Positions 1 through 10,636 of a stretch of 64,000 nucleotides of DNA are shown here, one piece after another. Source of the DNA: a virus; the IMG/VR virus record IMGVR_UViG_3300005581_000001, positions 33,582 to 97,581 of that record; one strand, 5' to 3'. Position 1 is the first letter of the stretch. Every line of letters begins with the position of its first letter. The notes beneath the pieces were generated by a model. It did not search any database, was not told the origin of the DNA, and saw only the letters and a list, made by a program, of their open reading frames with translations. Made by a program: the position numbers and the translations under genes.

Positions 1-2
1 GT

Positions 3-656
3 ATGCACGCTTATTTTATAAATAATATTAACGCAGACAGCCTTAGAATAGATAATCCGTTAATAGGTACTGGAATATCATCTGGATTTGATTATATTAA
101 TAATGATATTTTTATGACTTTTAATCAAACTGGAAAAGAGTCATTTACATTATCGTATAATGAAGTAAAAAATAAATTTATATCATTTTATGACTATAAG
201 CCAAGTATGTATATGAGTAGAGGAGAGCACTTAATAACAACTTCTCCAGACACTAAAAGCATATATAGACAATATGCTGGAAATTATAATACTTTTTATG
301 GATTTTATTACCCATCGTCAATAACATTTAATGTTAATCCAGAAGCAACTCAAGATTGTGTGTTTGATAATATTAACTTTAAGTCTGAGGTTTATTTAAA
401 CGATGTTGATATAGTTGATAAAACTATAACACATATTAAAGCTTATAATGATTATCAAGATTCAACACTAGTTCCATTAGTATTAGGTAGAAACAATAAC
501 CTTAGACGTAAGTTTAGGGACTGGAATGCGTTAATACCAAGAGCTGGTAGGAATAGAATAAGAGCTCCGTTTATAAAATTGAAGTTAGAATTTAATCAAC
601 CTTCTAATAATTATAAACTAATTATGCATGATGTTGGAATTTATTACACAGTATAA
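3..656 (+). CDS. C-terminal part of a crAss-like tail (stabilisation/tubular) protein, truncated by the window edge
   Basis: Beta-rich ORF ending RRKFRDWNALIPR...RIRAPFIKLKL. It lies directly upstream of the injected-protein block, the usual position of this tail gene in crAss-like phages. Confidence 0.55.
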   Translation: MHAYFINNINADSLRIDNPLIGTGISSGFDYINNDIFMTFNQTGKESFTLSYNEVKNKFISFYDYKPSMYMSRGEHLITTSPDTKSIYRQYAGNYNTFYGFYYPSSITFNVNPEATQDCVFDNINFKSEVYLNDVDIVDKTITHIKAYNDYQDSTLVPLVLGRNNNLRRKFRDWNALIPRAGRNRIRAPFIKLKLEFNQPSNNYKLIMHDVGIYYTV

Positions 657-711
657 TTTAAAATATTATAAAATATATAGTTTAAAACTTGATTATATAT
701 AATATAAATAC

Positions 712-719
712 TATATTTG
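712..719 (+). promoter_or_regulatory. Bacteroidota-type -7 promoter element (TATATTTG)
   Basis: Matches TAnnTTTG; upstream CTTGA sits where the other copies have TTAGG. Confidence 0.4.
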
Positions 720-746
720 TAGAATTACAAATATCCAATAACTAAC

Positions 747-782
747 AAGGGGATGAACGTAAAAAATTCATCCCCTTTTTTT
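747..782 (+). terminator. Intrinsic terminator hairpin
   Basis: AAGGGGATGAA-9nt loop-TTCATCCCCTT followed by a T run. Confidence 0.75.
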
Positions 783-794
783 ATATAAAATAAT

Positions 795-3464
795 ATGGAA
801 AAAAACAACTATTTTAACAACAATATCAATCCAAAATATAATAATTACTTAAATATGAGACAATATGCTCAAGGTGGAAACCTTACTCGCTTTGATGAAG
901 GCGGAACTCACGAATCATCTCCATTAGGCGGAATACCTCAAGGACAAGCTCCTGATGGGAAACAAAATACAGTTGAACAAGGAGAATCTAAAAAAGGAAA
1001 TTTTATTTATTCTAATAGAATAGCTTTAGATAAAGAATTAGTTAAGCAATTTAATCTTCCTGGTTATGTAGCTGGTAAGTCTGTCTCTGATGCTTCTAAA
1101 GCTATAGACGATAAGTTTAAAGATAGAGCTGATAAATATGCTCAAGAAACAAAATCTACACTTCTTGATAGATTATCTCAAGCTCAAGAATATCTTAAAC
1201 AACAAGAACAATCTACAGAAGAGCAAGCTAATCAATCAATGCAAGCTAATTCTCAGCAAATTCCAGACCAAATGAACGGTCAAATTCCTGAAGGAATGGA
1301 AGAGTATGCTCAAGAAGAGCCTCAGCAAGGTGAAGAAGTTCAAAACATTCAAACGCCCTCACCTATAGCTGCTTTTGGCGGCTATCAACAAAAAAGATAT
1401 GATTTTGGAGGTGTTGCGCCAATAGATGCTAGTGCTGGCGTTGGATATAATTTTAAACCGCAAGCAATGACTTCTAATTCTCCATTGACTAGTCCTTCCG
1501 TTTTAGCTAATGGACAAGGAACAACTGGAACTGGAACATCCACTTCTGCAACTCCGTCTGCTGGTCCAGGAGCTGGAGCTATAGTAGGAGCTGCGGGTAC
1601 AGCTATGGAACTAGGTCAACTAGCTTTTGGAAAAGCTGCTCAAGATACAACTGGATTAGCGGCTTCTGGACGTGTAGGTGGTGCTGGAATGGTAGGTGGA
1701 GCTGCTTTAAAAGGAGCTGCTGCTGGAACTGCTATTATGCCAGGAATAGGTACTGCTATTGGAGCTGGAGTAGGTCTTTTAGCTGGAGTTGCTGGTTTAG
1801 GAAAGGCTAGAAAAGCAGAAGAGAAAAACACTAACAATTTCGCATTAAATACAAATTCTCAATTTCAAGATCAACATGCTTTTGGTGGAGATTTAAATGG
1901 CCCTGGTAAAAAAATAAAAAATCCTGATGGTTCTTATAGTATTGTTAATACATCTACAAGACAAGTAACTCCTGGTTCTGTAGGAACTACAATTCCTGGA
2001 ACACCTGGAAGTCCAGCGGTTTTACCTTCTGCAGGTGGAGTAAATGCTACTGACCCTGGAAGAAATAAAGCTTTTGCTCAAGCTAGAGCATCTGGATTAC
2101 CAACATTCAATTATAATGGTAAAGTATATAATACTGACATTAAATTAGCAACACCTGGAAGGCCAGCTGTAAATCCTACACCAAGTATCGTAACTCCTTC
2201 AATACCTCCAACATATGAAACTCAAACATCTGTAGAGCCAATACCAAATCAAGTTTACAATGTTCAAGCTCAAAGAGGAACAGCTGGAACTGGAGTTTTA
2301 AGACCTGGAATAGGCGGTGGTATAACTACAAATAATCAATATACAGCTAATCAAGACGTGGCAAATAGAGCTATTAATGCTCAGCAAGTTTATAATGTGG
2401 ATGTTAATAGAAGATATGCTCCAGTAGTAGATGATGGAAGGAGTAATAACTCAGCTCAAATAGCTAATAGGAATGCTAAAGCTGAATTAAGAAGACAACA
2501 ACTTCAAGGAACCGCAACTGCTACTGAAATACCTACACAATTAGGTTTGGAGAGAAAGAAAGTTGAAGCTTTAAGAGGGGCAGATTCTTTTGCTTATGGA
2601 GGTAAGATGAATCAGTATCTAAAAGGAGGTCCTTTCGACGTTACTGAAGATTTGACTCCAGAAGTGACGAAATTTTTAATGCAAAAAAATCCTAATCCAG
2701 AAATAGGAAATACAACTGCTTTGTCTGCATATAATAATGAAGCTATAAATCCTGGCTTATATTCAACAACTAAAGAATTAGATGGTGATAGATATAGTCT
2801 TAAAAATAGACTTGGAAGAGCTGGAGAGACTTTAAAAGAAAATGCAGGTGATTTAATGAGATTAGCTCCAGTAGCTATGAATGCTTATCAATTAAGTAAA
2901 CTTAAAAAACCACAAGGTTTCCAATACAACACATTAAACAATAGATATGTTCCTCAATATGTTGATGAAGCCCAAATGCAAAGAACAATTGACCAAGAAG
3001 GTAATAATCAAATGGCGGCTATAACTCAAATGGGAGGTTCTGAAGGTGCTACTCGTAATGCAATACTTGGAATAGGTGCTAATAAAATGAGAGGACTAAG
3101 CGATGCTTATGCAAATGCAGCAGCTCAAAATAGAGCTCAAGATTCAGCGGCTCAACAATTTAATTTAGGAGTTGATTCTCAGAACGTAGCTATTAGAAAT
3201 AAAGCTATTGATGAAAGAAGAGCTGATGAAGGAGCTTATGATGCTGCTAAATCTAAATTTAGATCTGTAATCGGAACGGATGTTGGAGAAATTGGTAAAG
3301 AAAAGAATGCTTCTGATGCGGCTATCGCTATGTTTGGATATACTAGAAAAGGAAAATTTGTAGTAGATAAGGATGGTAATAAAGTTAGCCCAGAAACATT
3401 AGCTAGAAGGCAAGCTGATTTTGCAAAATATATATCAGAACAAAATAAAAAAGCAAATACATAA
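795..3464 (+). CDS. Virion cargo/ejection protein, 889 aa
   Basis: N-terminal GGTHESSPLGGIPQG...VEQGE...IYSNR motif typical of crAss-like virion proteins; glycine-zipper hydrophobic segment; repeated xxxGG motifs. Confidence 0.6.
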   Translation: MEKNNYFNNNINPKYNNYLNMRQYAQGGNLTRFDEGGTHESSPLGGIPQGQAPDGKQNTVEQGESKKGNFIYSNRIALDKELVKQFNLPGYVAGKSVSDASKAIDDKFKDRADKYAQETKSTLLDRLSQAQEYLKQQEQSTEEQANQSMQANSQQIPDQMNGQIPEGMEEYAQEEPQQGEEVQNIQTPSPIAAFGGYQQKRYDFGGVAPIDASAGVGYNFKPQAMTSNSPLTSPSVLANGQGTTGTGTSTSATPSAGPGAGAIVGAAGTAMELGQLAFGKAAQDTTGLAASGRVGGAGMVGGAALKGAAAGTAIMPGIGTAIGAGVGLLAGVAGLGKARKAEEKNTNNFALNTNSQFQDQHAFGGDLNGPGKKIKNPDGSYSIVNTSTRQVTPGSVGTTIPGTPGSPAVLPSAGGVNATDPGRNKAFAQARASGLPTFNYNGKVYNTDIKLATPGRPAVNPTPSIVTPSIPPTYETQTSVEPIPNQVYNVQAQRGTAGTGVLRPGIGGGITTNNQYTANQDVANRAINAQQVYNVDVNRRYAPVVDDGRSNNSAQIANRNAKAELRRQQLQGTATATEIPTQLGLERKKVEALRGADSFAYGGKMNQYLKGGPFDVTEDLTPEVTKFLMQKNPNPEIGNTTALSAYNNEAINPGLYSTTKELDGDRYSLKNRLGRAGETLKENAGDLMRLAPVAMNAYQLSKLKKPQGFQYNTLNNRYVPQYVDEAQMQRTIDQEGNNQMAAITQMGGSEGATRNAILGIGANKMRGLSDAYANAAAQNRAQDSAAQQFNLGVDSQNVAIRNKAIDERRADEGAYDAAKSKFRSVIGTDVGEIGKEKNASDAAIAMFGYTRKGKFVVDKDGNKVSPETLARRQADFAKYISEQNKKANT

Positions 3465-5299
3465 TGAATAGATATTCAAACTACGAAACATCAGCATATA
3501 AGCCAATGACCACTCAAGAGATTTGGGCTCCTGCTGCAGCTATGAGACAACAACATAACGCAGCTGATGAAAAACTACAGACACAGATAGCTGAATTAGA
3601 TAAAGTTAATCCTTTAGATGTTCATTACGATAAAGCTCAAAAAATTAAATCTGACCTCCTAAAACAAATAGAGGGTCAAGCTGAAGTTTTATCTAAAGAA
3701 GGTTTTAACGGAAATACAACATCTGGTGTATATAGAACAAATAGACAACTTCACGAACAGTTTTCACCAACAGGAGAGCTTGGTCAAATCAATGCGGCTA
3801 AAACCGCATACGATACTGAAAAAGCAACTTATTTAGATGATGCTACTAAAACTTCTAAGATAGGTCGCGAACAGGCTTTAAAGAACTGGAATAGATACGC
3901 AAAAGAAAAATATACTGGATATAGCGAAGATGGTAAAAAAATAACAAATATAGGAGCTTTAGGCTCTCCTGCTTATCAAGATTATGAAACCGACAGAAAT
4001 CAGTATCACGCATTGCTAGGTAAAATTACTAGTTCCGCAAAAGCTAGTGGACATGCTATAGTTCCTGATGCTACAACTGGATTATTAATGATGGTTAATA
4101 GAGGTGGAAACGTGGTGCATTCAGATAATATTGATGCTTTAAATAACGCAATGAAAGGTATGAAGGATAAATGGGTTAGTGAAACTGGAGAAGGTCGTAA
4201 ATGGGCTGATGCAGCTGGATGGGACCCTAATCATACTAACTATAGAATCAATCAAGACTTTAACGCGATGAAAGAAATTTCTAACGTTGATAATAGAACT
4301 GAAAATTATGATGTACTATCAGGACAAACGCCTGGCGGTAATCGACCACAGCCAATAGTTCCAACAACTATACATGACCCAAGTACGCAGAAAACGGTTG
4401 GAGAATCTATTAAAAAAATAGATTTTAGTTCTATAGGTGCTAATAGACCTGGTTCAAAATATTCAGATAGACAAACATTTCAAGGATATAATGACGCCCC
4501 TAGAAGAGATTATGTTCCTGCAGGAAAAAATACCTATAAGGACATTATTAAAGATCCCGTACAACAACAAATATATAAAAAATCTTATGAAAAACTTGTA
4601 GCTAATGGCAAGATACCGCAAGGTCAAGATATAAACGATATAAATACAGCTAAAGTTGTTGGTTTTTATATGAATAAATATGCTAAAATACCAACTATAG
4701 CCAACGATGTTATTCTTCCAGATAGTGCTACAAATTCTCAACAATTTATGGGTCAATTTGATAAAAAACCTGGAGCTCAAAGAGATGCAGAAGCTCAAAG
4801 AGATTTAAATAATGGATATAGAAGTATTATAGAGCCTGGAACTAATCGCGAATTAACTCCTGATGAATTTAGAGCAAAGGGGTATAAAGTTAAATACATA
4901 GGTTACGATAGTCATTTAAGTTATAATGGTTATAATTTTAAAGGAAATAATAAGAATAAACAAACTGTGTTAACGCACAAAGTTGAAGTTATTGGACCTG
5001 ATGGAATTTCTTTAGGACAAGCTCCTATGACTAGAAGTAGACAAGAAATGGATACTCCTGAATTTAAAAAATCATACCAAATAAGTCAAATATATAGAAA
5101 CGCTGTTGAACGTTTTGATGACTGGGTTGTTCCAAAAGCATCTGATAATACAAAAATTAAATTTAAAGAAAACGGTATGTTTGATATTATTTATAATGGA
5201 AATTTATATGAAAATGCTACTGGGCCTGAATATGAATATATTATGGATAAAGCAATGACTGAAAAACAAATAAAAGATGAGTCTAAGAAGAAAGAATAA
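3464..5299 (+). CDS. Putative virion-injected protein, 611 aa
   Basis: Long ORF coupled (TAATG) to the previous gene, inside the cargo block. Confidence 0.55.
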   Translation: MNRYSNYETSAYKPMTTQEIWAPAAAMRQQHNAADEKLQTQIAELDKVNPLDVHYDKAQKIKSDLLKQIEGQAEVLSKEGFNGNTTSGVYRTNRQLHEQFSPTGELGQINAAKTAYDTEKATYLDDATKTSKIGREQALKNWNRYAKEKYTGYSEDGKKITNIGALGSPAYQDYETDRNQYHALLGKITSSAKASGHAIVPDATTGLLMMVNRGGNVVHSDNIDALNNAMKGMKDKWVSETGEGRKWADAAGWDPNHTNYRINQDFNAMKEISNVDNRTENYDVLSGQTPGGNRPQPIVPTTIHDPSTQKTVGESIKKIDFSSIGANRPGSKYSDRQTFQGYNDAPRRDYVPAGKNTYKDIIKDPVQQQIYKKSYEKLVANGKIPQGQDINDINTAKVVGFYMNKYAKIPTIANDVILPDSATNSQQFMGQFDKKPGAQRDAEAQRDLNNGYRSIIEPGTNRELTPDEFRAKGYKVKYIGYDSHLSYNGYNFKGNNKNKQTVLTHKVEVIGPDGISLGQAPMTRSRQEMDTPEFKKSYQISQIYRNAVERFDDWVVPKASDNTKIKFKENGMFDIIYNGNLYENATGPEYEYIMDKAMTEKQIKDESKKKE

Positions 5300-8200
5300 T
5301 CCTTACGAAAGTCAGTTTAAAAACTCTGATATAATAAATAGATTTTTATCTGAAAATAAGTTTGTAAATAATGCTCCAAGTAATATGGAGACTGTTTATA
5401 ATGCAGAATCTAAAACTCCATTATTAGGAACTAATACTGGATTAGGAGAGTCTTCTTATGACGAAGATTTAAATTGGTATTCACATATAGATGAAAATGA
5501 TCCACAAGATTCAATAAATGAATATAGAGCTCAAAAACAATCTGCCTGGGATCAACTAGGTGCTGGACTCGGAAGAACAGCTGTAAAAGCTGCTGTTGAA
5601 ACTTCTAAACTTCCTGGGATCATAGGTGGTTTAGTTGGTGGCATTGCGGGTCAGATAAATGATGCTAGTACTGGAGAAGATAATACGAACTTTATAGATA
5701 CCGTTTTTAATAATGGATGGATAAAAGGTTTGGATTCAATTAATGAAGAAATAAAAAGTGAATACCTTCCAGTATATGTAAAAAAAGCTGTACGAGATGG
5801 TGACTTAGGAGACAAAATTATGTCTTCAGCATTCTGGGCTACCGATGGTGCTGACGGAGCTGGATTTGCATTAGGAATGATACTTCCTGGAGCAATGCTT
5901 GGTAAATTAGGTCTTGGCGCTAAAATGATTGGAGCGGCTAACAGGATGGACAAGGCTAGAGAATTATTTGCAGGGGCTGAACGAGCTGAAGAATTTGTAA
6001 AAGCTGCTAATAAAATTGGAGCAACTGCAAGAAACATAGACAGCGGTATATCTATAGGGTATAATACAGCTGCTGAAGCAGGTGCTGAAGCTACTCAAGC
6101 TGGAACAGAAACTAGAGCTAATGAAGGAAAAATAGTTAATGGGTGGAAGGCTTCTGGATATCTAAATACTCCAGAATATCAAATAGAAGCTAAGAAATAT
6201 ATCCAAAGTTTAGATGTTAAAAGAAGAAATGGACATCTAACAATGGATCAACAAAATGAATTAACTTCTGATCCGTTAAAAGTTCAAGAAGCTGTACTTC
6301 ATCAAAGATTTGAAAATGAAGTTACCTCTATGCAATCAAGTATTTTTGGTAGAAACGTAGCAATACTTTTAGGCCCAAATACATTAATGCATATGCAGTT
6401 ATTTGGTAGAATTGGAAGGAGTGCTGAAAAAATAGCTGAAAAAGGAGCTGTAGAAACAGTTGAAAATGTTGGCAGAATGTCTAAAATACTTAATAGCTCA
6501 ATAGGAAAAGGAGTTACTAAATTTGGAGAGAGAGTTGCTAAAAATACACTATCTGAAGGATTTTTTGAAGAAGGTTTGCAAACATCCACAGCTAATCAAT
6601 TTAAAAAATATGTTGCTGAAAACAGAGCTGAAGAGGTTGGTTTTGGAGACACCATACCAGACACATTTACTGAATATGCTAAAATGCTGGGAACTACAGA
6701 AGGTCAAGTTTCTGTAATGCTTGGAGGCGTTTTAGGAACTGGAATGACAAGTATAGCAGCTCACGGTCAAGCTAAACGCGAAGCTAAAATTAAGAATGAA
6801 ATAACAAATAGATTGTCAATTCCAATGAATAATCTTAATAATATATTCAATATCAATGATATATATAAAAAAGATGAAAATGGAGCTATAGTTTATAAAA
6901 AAGACGCTCAAGGAAATCCTACCACAGAACCAGATATAGATTTAGTTAAGTCTCAAGAAGTATTAAGAAGTTTGATACTTACTGACGATAAATTAAATAG
7001 ATATAAAGAGGCTGTTGATAATGGAGATAATAGCTACTTGGATGAACAACAAAGTAACGCTATGTTTCAACTAGCAAAAACAGCTGCTTATAATGGAGAA
7101 AAAGGATTGTCTTTACTTAAAGAGCAATTAGACGCTAATAGTCAATTAACTGATATTCAAGAAAGAGACAAAAATAACGATGGTAGTAAAAAAACTTATA
7201 AACAAATAGTTGATGAAACTATGGAAACTGCTAAGTTTTTACAAAAACAAAATGATAAGTTTCAAGATTTTAGTAGTACTATAATTAAATTAAATGACGA
7301 AAGACTTGATGACCCATCTAAAGCTAAAATATATAGAACCGCGTTCTTAAATGAGCTTAATAGTAGATATTTAAATGTTCAAAATAAACTTAGATTTAAT
7401 AAAGCTAAATTAGAACAATTAAATAAAAAAAGAAATGATATTTTTGAAGAGCTTGGAATAGACCCTTTATATATGTCTGAAGCTGAATCTCCTTTAATAA
7501 AAATGAAAAGCGGAATCGTATCTAATGAAGATATAAATACAAGAGCTAAAAAGACTAAAGAAGCTATTGATAGCAACGAATTAGTAAAACAAGTAGAGGA
7601 GGAATATAATAAAGTTTCTAAAGATATAGAAAAAAATAATAAAGATATTTCTGAAGTTTGGAAAGGAAATATTGTTGATAAATCATTTAAAGATTTTGTA
7701 GGTGACTATTTAGAAGTTGAAGAAGAAGCAAATGAAGATAGTTTACAAAATCATCAAGACGTTGTGGATACTATAAATTCTTTTGAAGATAAAGCTTCTT
7801 TAGTAGAATATCTTAAAGGTTTAGACCAAAAATTTAGAGATAATGATTTTATTCAAAATGAATTTAAAGACAGATATGCCTACATAGGTGAGCAAGATAA
7901 AATAAAAGAAGAATTAAAAAGAGTAGAAGAATTAGAAGCTGAGAGTCAAAAATTTGAAGAAGACGAATTGGTTGGTACTGATACAACTCCAGAAACTACA
8001 GAGACTGTCATAGATAATGATAACAATAATGGATTAGAAACTTCTCAAACTTCTGATAATAAAGAAGTAGATGAAAATGGAGAAGTATTTGATAAAGATC
8101 CTTCTAAAGAAAATAATTTAGATGATTCTACTAATCCACTAAAAGTTGCTAAAAATCAAGGAGCAGCTAGAATTATTAGTACTAATCAACAAACAGGAGA

Positions 8201-10589
8201 GGCTTTATATCCAAATCTAAAAGCTTTTGTAGAATTTGAAAAAATTCCAAGAGATAAAACTAATGATAAAGTTACATTTGAAGTCGGAGCTATAAATCCT
8301 AAAGACCAAACCTTTACAGCAAATGCAATATTGGATAGAGTTAAAAAAGGAGAGGCAATAACTGAAGATGAAATAACTTATTTAGCTAAATATTTACCAA
8401 TAAAAGTTACTATTACTAATGGTAAAGATTCTGCAAGTTCTTTCATAGATTCAATGACCTCTAAATCTAATAAAATAGTAGAAGTTGAAACATTACCTTT
8501 AAGAAAATCAATAGTTGAGGCTTTAATTGCTAATAAAGGGAATTTTAAATCTATAGAAGGTAAAGTTGCAAAACAATTTACAGGTACTTTAAAGCTAGGA
8601 GAGCAAAATTCAAATGTATTAGAATTAGATGTTTTTAAAGGAATGACTCCTGAAGAAAAGATTCAATATTTTAAAAAGAATACTGTTTACGTTAGTAATA
8701 AAGGAGATGTTAAATATTGTTCAAGTGACTTAATTGACGAAACCACATCTTTATCAGCTAGTAATAGAGGAGAAGTATTTTTAAAGATACCAATGATTAA
8801 TGGTAAAATGTTCTATTTAAAGTTAAATACAGCTCGTTTAAGCGAAGAAAAAGCTCAAGATGTATTAAGTCTTATAACTTTGAAATCTAACCTTATAAAA
8901 GACAAAAAAGAATTTACATTTGAAGATTTGCAAGCTTATATAGATAATGATTTGCCATTTGTTAAAAATGAATTTGAATTTATAAAAAGAAATAATGATT
9001 CTATAGATGTGAATCTAGACAGACTTATTAATTTTATAATTTTCTCTCAAAATACAAACGCAAAAACTAAGTTAATGCTTAATAAAGATGGTTCTTTTAC
9101 TGTTGGAGAGTTAATACATAAAGTTAATAATATTTTAGGACTTGAAGGCAGTAAGGGCTATACTTATACTACTGATAAATTAAATAATTTATCTGATGGA
9201 GAAAGAGCTGCTTTGGTTAAATATTTTGAATACAAAAGACATAACGTTCTTATAACTAAAGACGATACTGCAACTTTTAATAATGATGACTATGTTAATT
9301 ACTTATTAGGAATAAATAGTGATTATGCTATATTGACCACTAATGCAGTTGTAAATGAACCAACATTTCAAGGTTATTCAAATATTTACTTAAACCAAGC
9401 TGTTGTTGATAAAAATGCTAAAAAAGTTATTCCCGCTGAAGAAACTGAAGAGATTGATTTAGATAATCCTGAAGATTTATTAGCTTCATTAACTGGAAAT
9501 TATGGAGGCATTGAAACTGAAACAATCAAAGTAGAAACGCAACAGCAAGTTGAAGTTGAGAAAGTAGCCGAGCCAGTTTCAGGGGAAATCACGCAAAACC
9601 AAGAAGTATCTCCTGAAGTTGCTGATATTGAGAAAAGAAGACAAGAGGAGTTGGAAAATAAAGAAGCTCATTATTTAATTCCGATAGGAGTAGATCTTAA
9701 TTTAAGAGAAAATAAAAAATTATTAGAAAGAAAAAGAATCAAGGACGAAATCAACGCCAAATACGACGCAGAATTAAAAGCTTTAAAGCCTAAAGTATCT
9801 CCTGTAAAAGATGTAGTAAAGAACAATAAATTAGATCAAATAAATTTATTAGAATCTAAGTTAAAAGGAATTATAAATACTTCTGGAGATTTTACAACAT
9901 ATCCTAAAGAGTTTTTTGAATATTTAAATTTAATATTTAAACCAGGATTTACTGGTGATAAATCAGCACAATTTGATTTAAGAACTATTAATGATATTTA
10001 TCCTGGATATTTAATGGATTCTAATTTTTCAAAAGTAATAGAATCCGTAAAAAAAACAAATTCTTATCAAGGGATGCTTTTATCTATTAATAAGAATAAT
10101 GAAAACTTTTCTAAAACTAATGTAGTAGAAGATGTAGTTGCTACGAGTGTTGATAAACAAATAGCTGATTTAGAAACTGAAAGGCAAAAAGAACTTAAAA
10201 CAGCTAAAATAAAACTTCCTGTTTTAGATTTATCTGCGTCTGAAAATCCAGAACAATATCCTAAAGAAGCTGCTGAAAATGATAGAAAAATAGAAGAATG
10301 GAAAAAATTACCTTCTATAATTAATTCTAGGTATGATGAGCAAATAAATGCTTTAAAAGGCATCACAACTACAGAAGTTAAAACTATAAAATCCAACAAT
10401 CTTCAAGAAGTATTTAAAGCTGCAGACGCTAAAACTAAAGCTAAAATAGTAACAGTTATGGCTAAGCAATTAGGATTAATGGATAAAGTAAATCCTAAAG
10501 ATATGAACTCTAGTTTTAATGAATTATATAGTAATCTTAAAGATAACGAGTCTTTAGAAAAAGAAATTGAAAAAATATGTGGAATTTAA
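5277..10589 (+). CDS. Giant virion-injected protein associated with the vRNAP, 1770 aa
   Basis: Gly/Ala-rich membrane-like N-terminal third (EGFFEEGLQ motif), coiled-coil middle and acidic linker; directly upstream of the vRNAP. Confidence 0.6.
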   Translation: MSLRRKNNPYESQFKNSDIINRFLSENKFVNNAPSNMETVYNAESKTPLLGTNTGLGESSYDEDLNWYSHIDENDPQDSINEYRAQKQSAWDQLGAGLGRTAVKAAVETSKLPGIIGGLVGGIAGQINDASTGEDNTNFIDTVFNNGWIKGLDSINEEIKSEYLPVYVKKAVRDGDLGDKIMSSAFWATDGADGAGFALGMILPGAMLGKLGLGAKMIGAANRMDKARELFAGAERAEEFVKAANKIGATARNIDSGISIGYNTAAEAGAEATQAGTETRANEGKIVNGWKASGYLNTPEYQIEAKKYIQSLDVKRRNGHLTMDQQNELTSDPLKVQEAVLHQRFENEVTSMQSSIFGRNVAILLGPNTLMHMQLFGRIGRSAEKIAEKGAVETVENVGRMSKILNSSIGKGVTKFGERVAKNTLSEGFFEEGLQTSTANQFKKYVAENRAEEVGFGDTIPDTFTEYAKMLGTTEGQVSVMLGGVLGTGMTSIAAHGQAKREAKIKNEITNRLSIPMNNLNNIFNINDIYKKDENGAIVYKKDAQGNPTTEPDIDLVKSQEVLRSLILTDDKLNRYKEAVDNGDNSYLDEQQSNAMFQLAKTAAYNGEKGLSLLKEQLDANSQLTDIQERDKNNDGSKKTYKQIVDETMETAKFLQKQNDKFQDFSSTIIKLNDERLDDPSKAKIYRTAFLNELNSRYLNVQNKLRFNKAKLEQLNKKRNDIFEELGIDPLYMSEAESPLIKMKSGIVSNEDINTRAKKTKEAIDSNELVKQVEEEYNKVSKDIEKNNKDISEVWKGNIVDKSFKDFVGDYLEVEEEANEDSLQNHQDVVDTINSFEDKASLVEYLKGLDQKFRDNDFIQNEFKDRYAYIGEQDKIKEELKRVEELEAESQKFEEDELVGTDTTPETTETVIDNDNNNGLETSQTSDNKEVDENGEVFDKDPSKENNLDDSTNPLKVAKNQGAARIISTNQQTGEALYPNLKAFVEFEKIPRDKTNDKVTFEVGAINPKDQTFTANAILDRVKKGEAITEDEITYLAKYLPIKVTITNGKDSASSFIDSMTSKSNKIVEVETLPLRKSIVEALIANKGNFKSIEGKVAKQFTGTLKLGEQNSNVLELDVFKGMTPEEKIQYFKKNTVYVSNKGDVKYCSSDLIDETTSLSASNRGEVFLKIPMINGKMFYLKLNTARLSEEKAQDVLSLITLKSNLIKDKKEFTFEDLQAYIDNDLPFVKNEFEFIKRNNDSIDVNLDRLINFIIFSQNTNAKTKLMLNKDGSFTVGELIHKVNNILGLEGSKGYTYTTDKLNNLSDGERAALVKYFEYKRHNVLITKDDTATFNNDDYVNYLLGINSDYAILTTNAVVNEPTFQGYSNIYLNQAVVDKNAKKVIPAEETEEIDLDNPEDLLASLTGNYGGIETETIKVETQQQVEVEKVAEPVSGEITQNQEVSPEVADIEKRRQEELENKEAHYLIPIGVDLNLRENKKLLERKRIKDEINAKYDAELKALKPKVSPVKDVVKNNKLDQINLLESKLKGIINTSGDFTTYPKEFFEYLNLIFKPGFTGDKSAQFDLRTINDIYPGYLMDSNFSKVIESVKKTNSYQGMLLSINKNNENFSKTNVVEDVVATSVDKQIADLETERQKELKTAKIKLPVLDLSASENPEQYPKEAAENDRKIEEWKKLPSIINSRYDEQINALKGITTTEVKTIKSNNLQEVFKAADAKTKAKIVTVMAKQLGLMDKVNPKDMNSSFNELYSNLKDNESLEKEIEKICGI

Positions 10590-10621
10590 TTAGGAATTAT
10601 GAAATTAGTTTCGTATATTTG
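10590..10621 (+). promoter_or_regulatory. TTAGG-N19-TATATTTG promoter upstream of the vRNAP gene
   Basis: Same boxes and 24-nt start-to-start spacing as six other copies. Confidence 0.65.
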
Positions 10622-10636
10622 TATAAATTATAAAAT

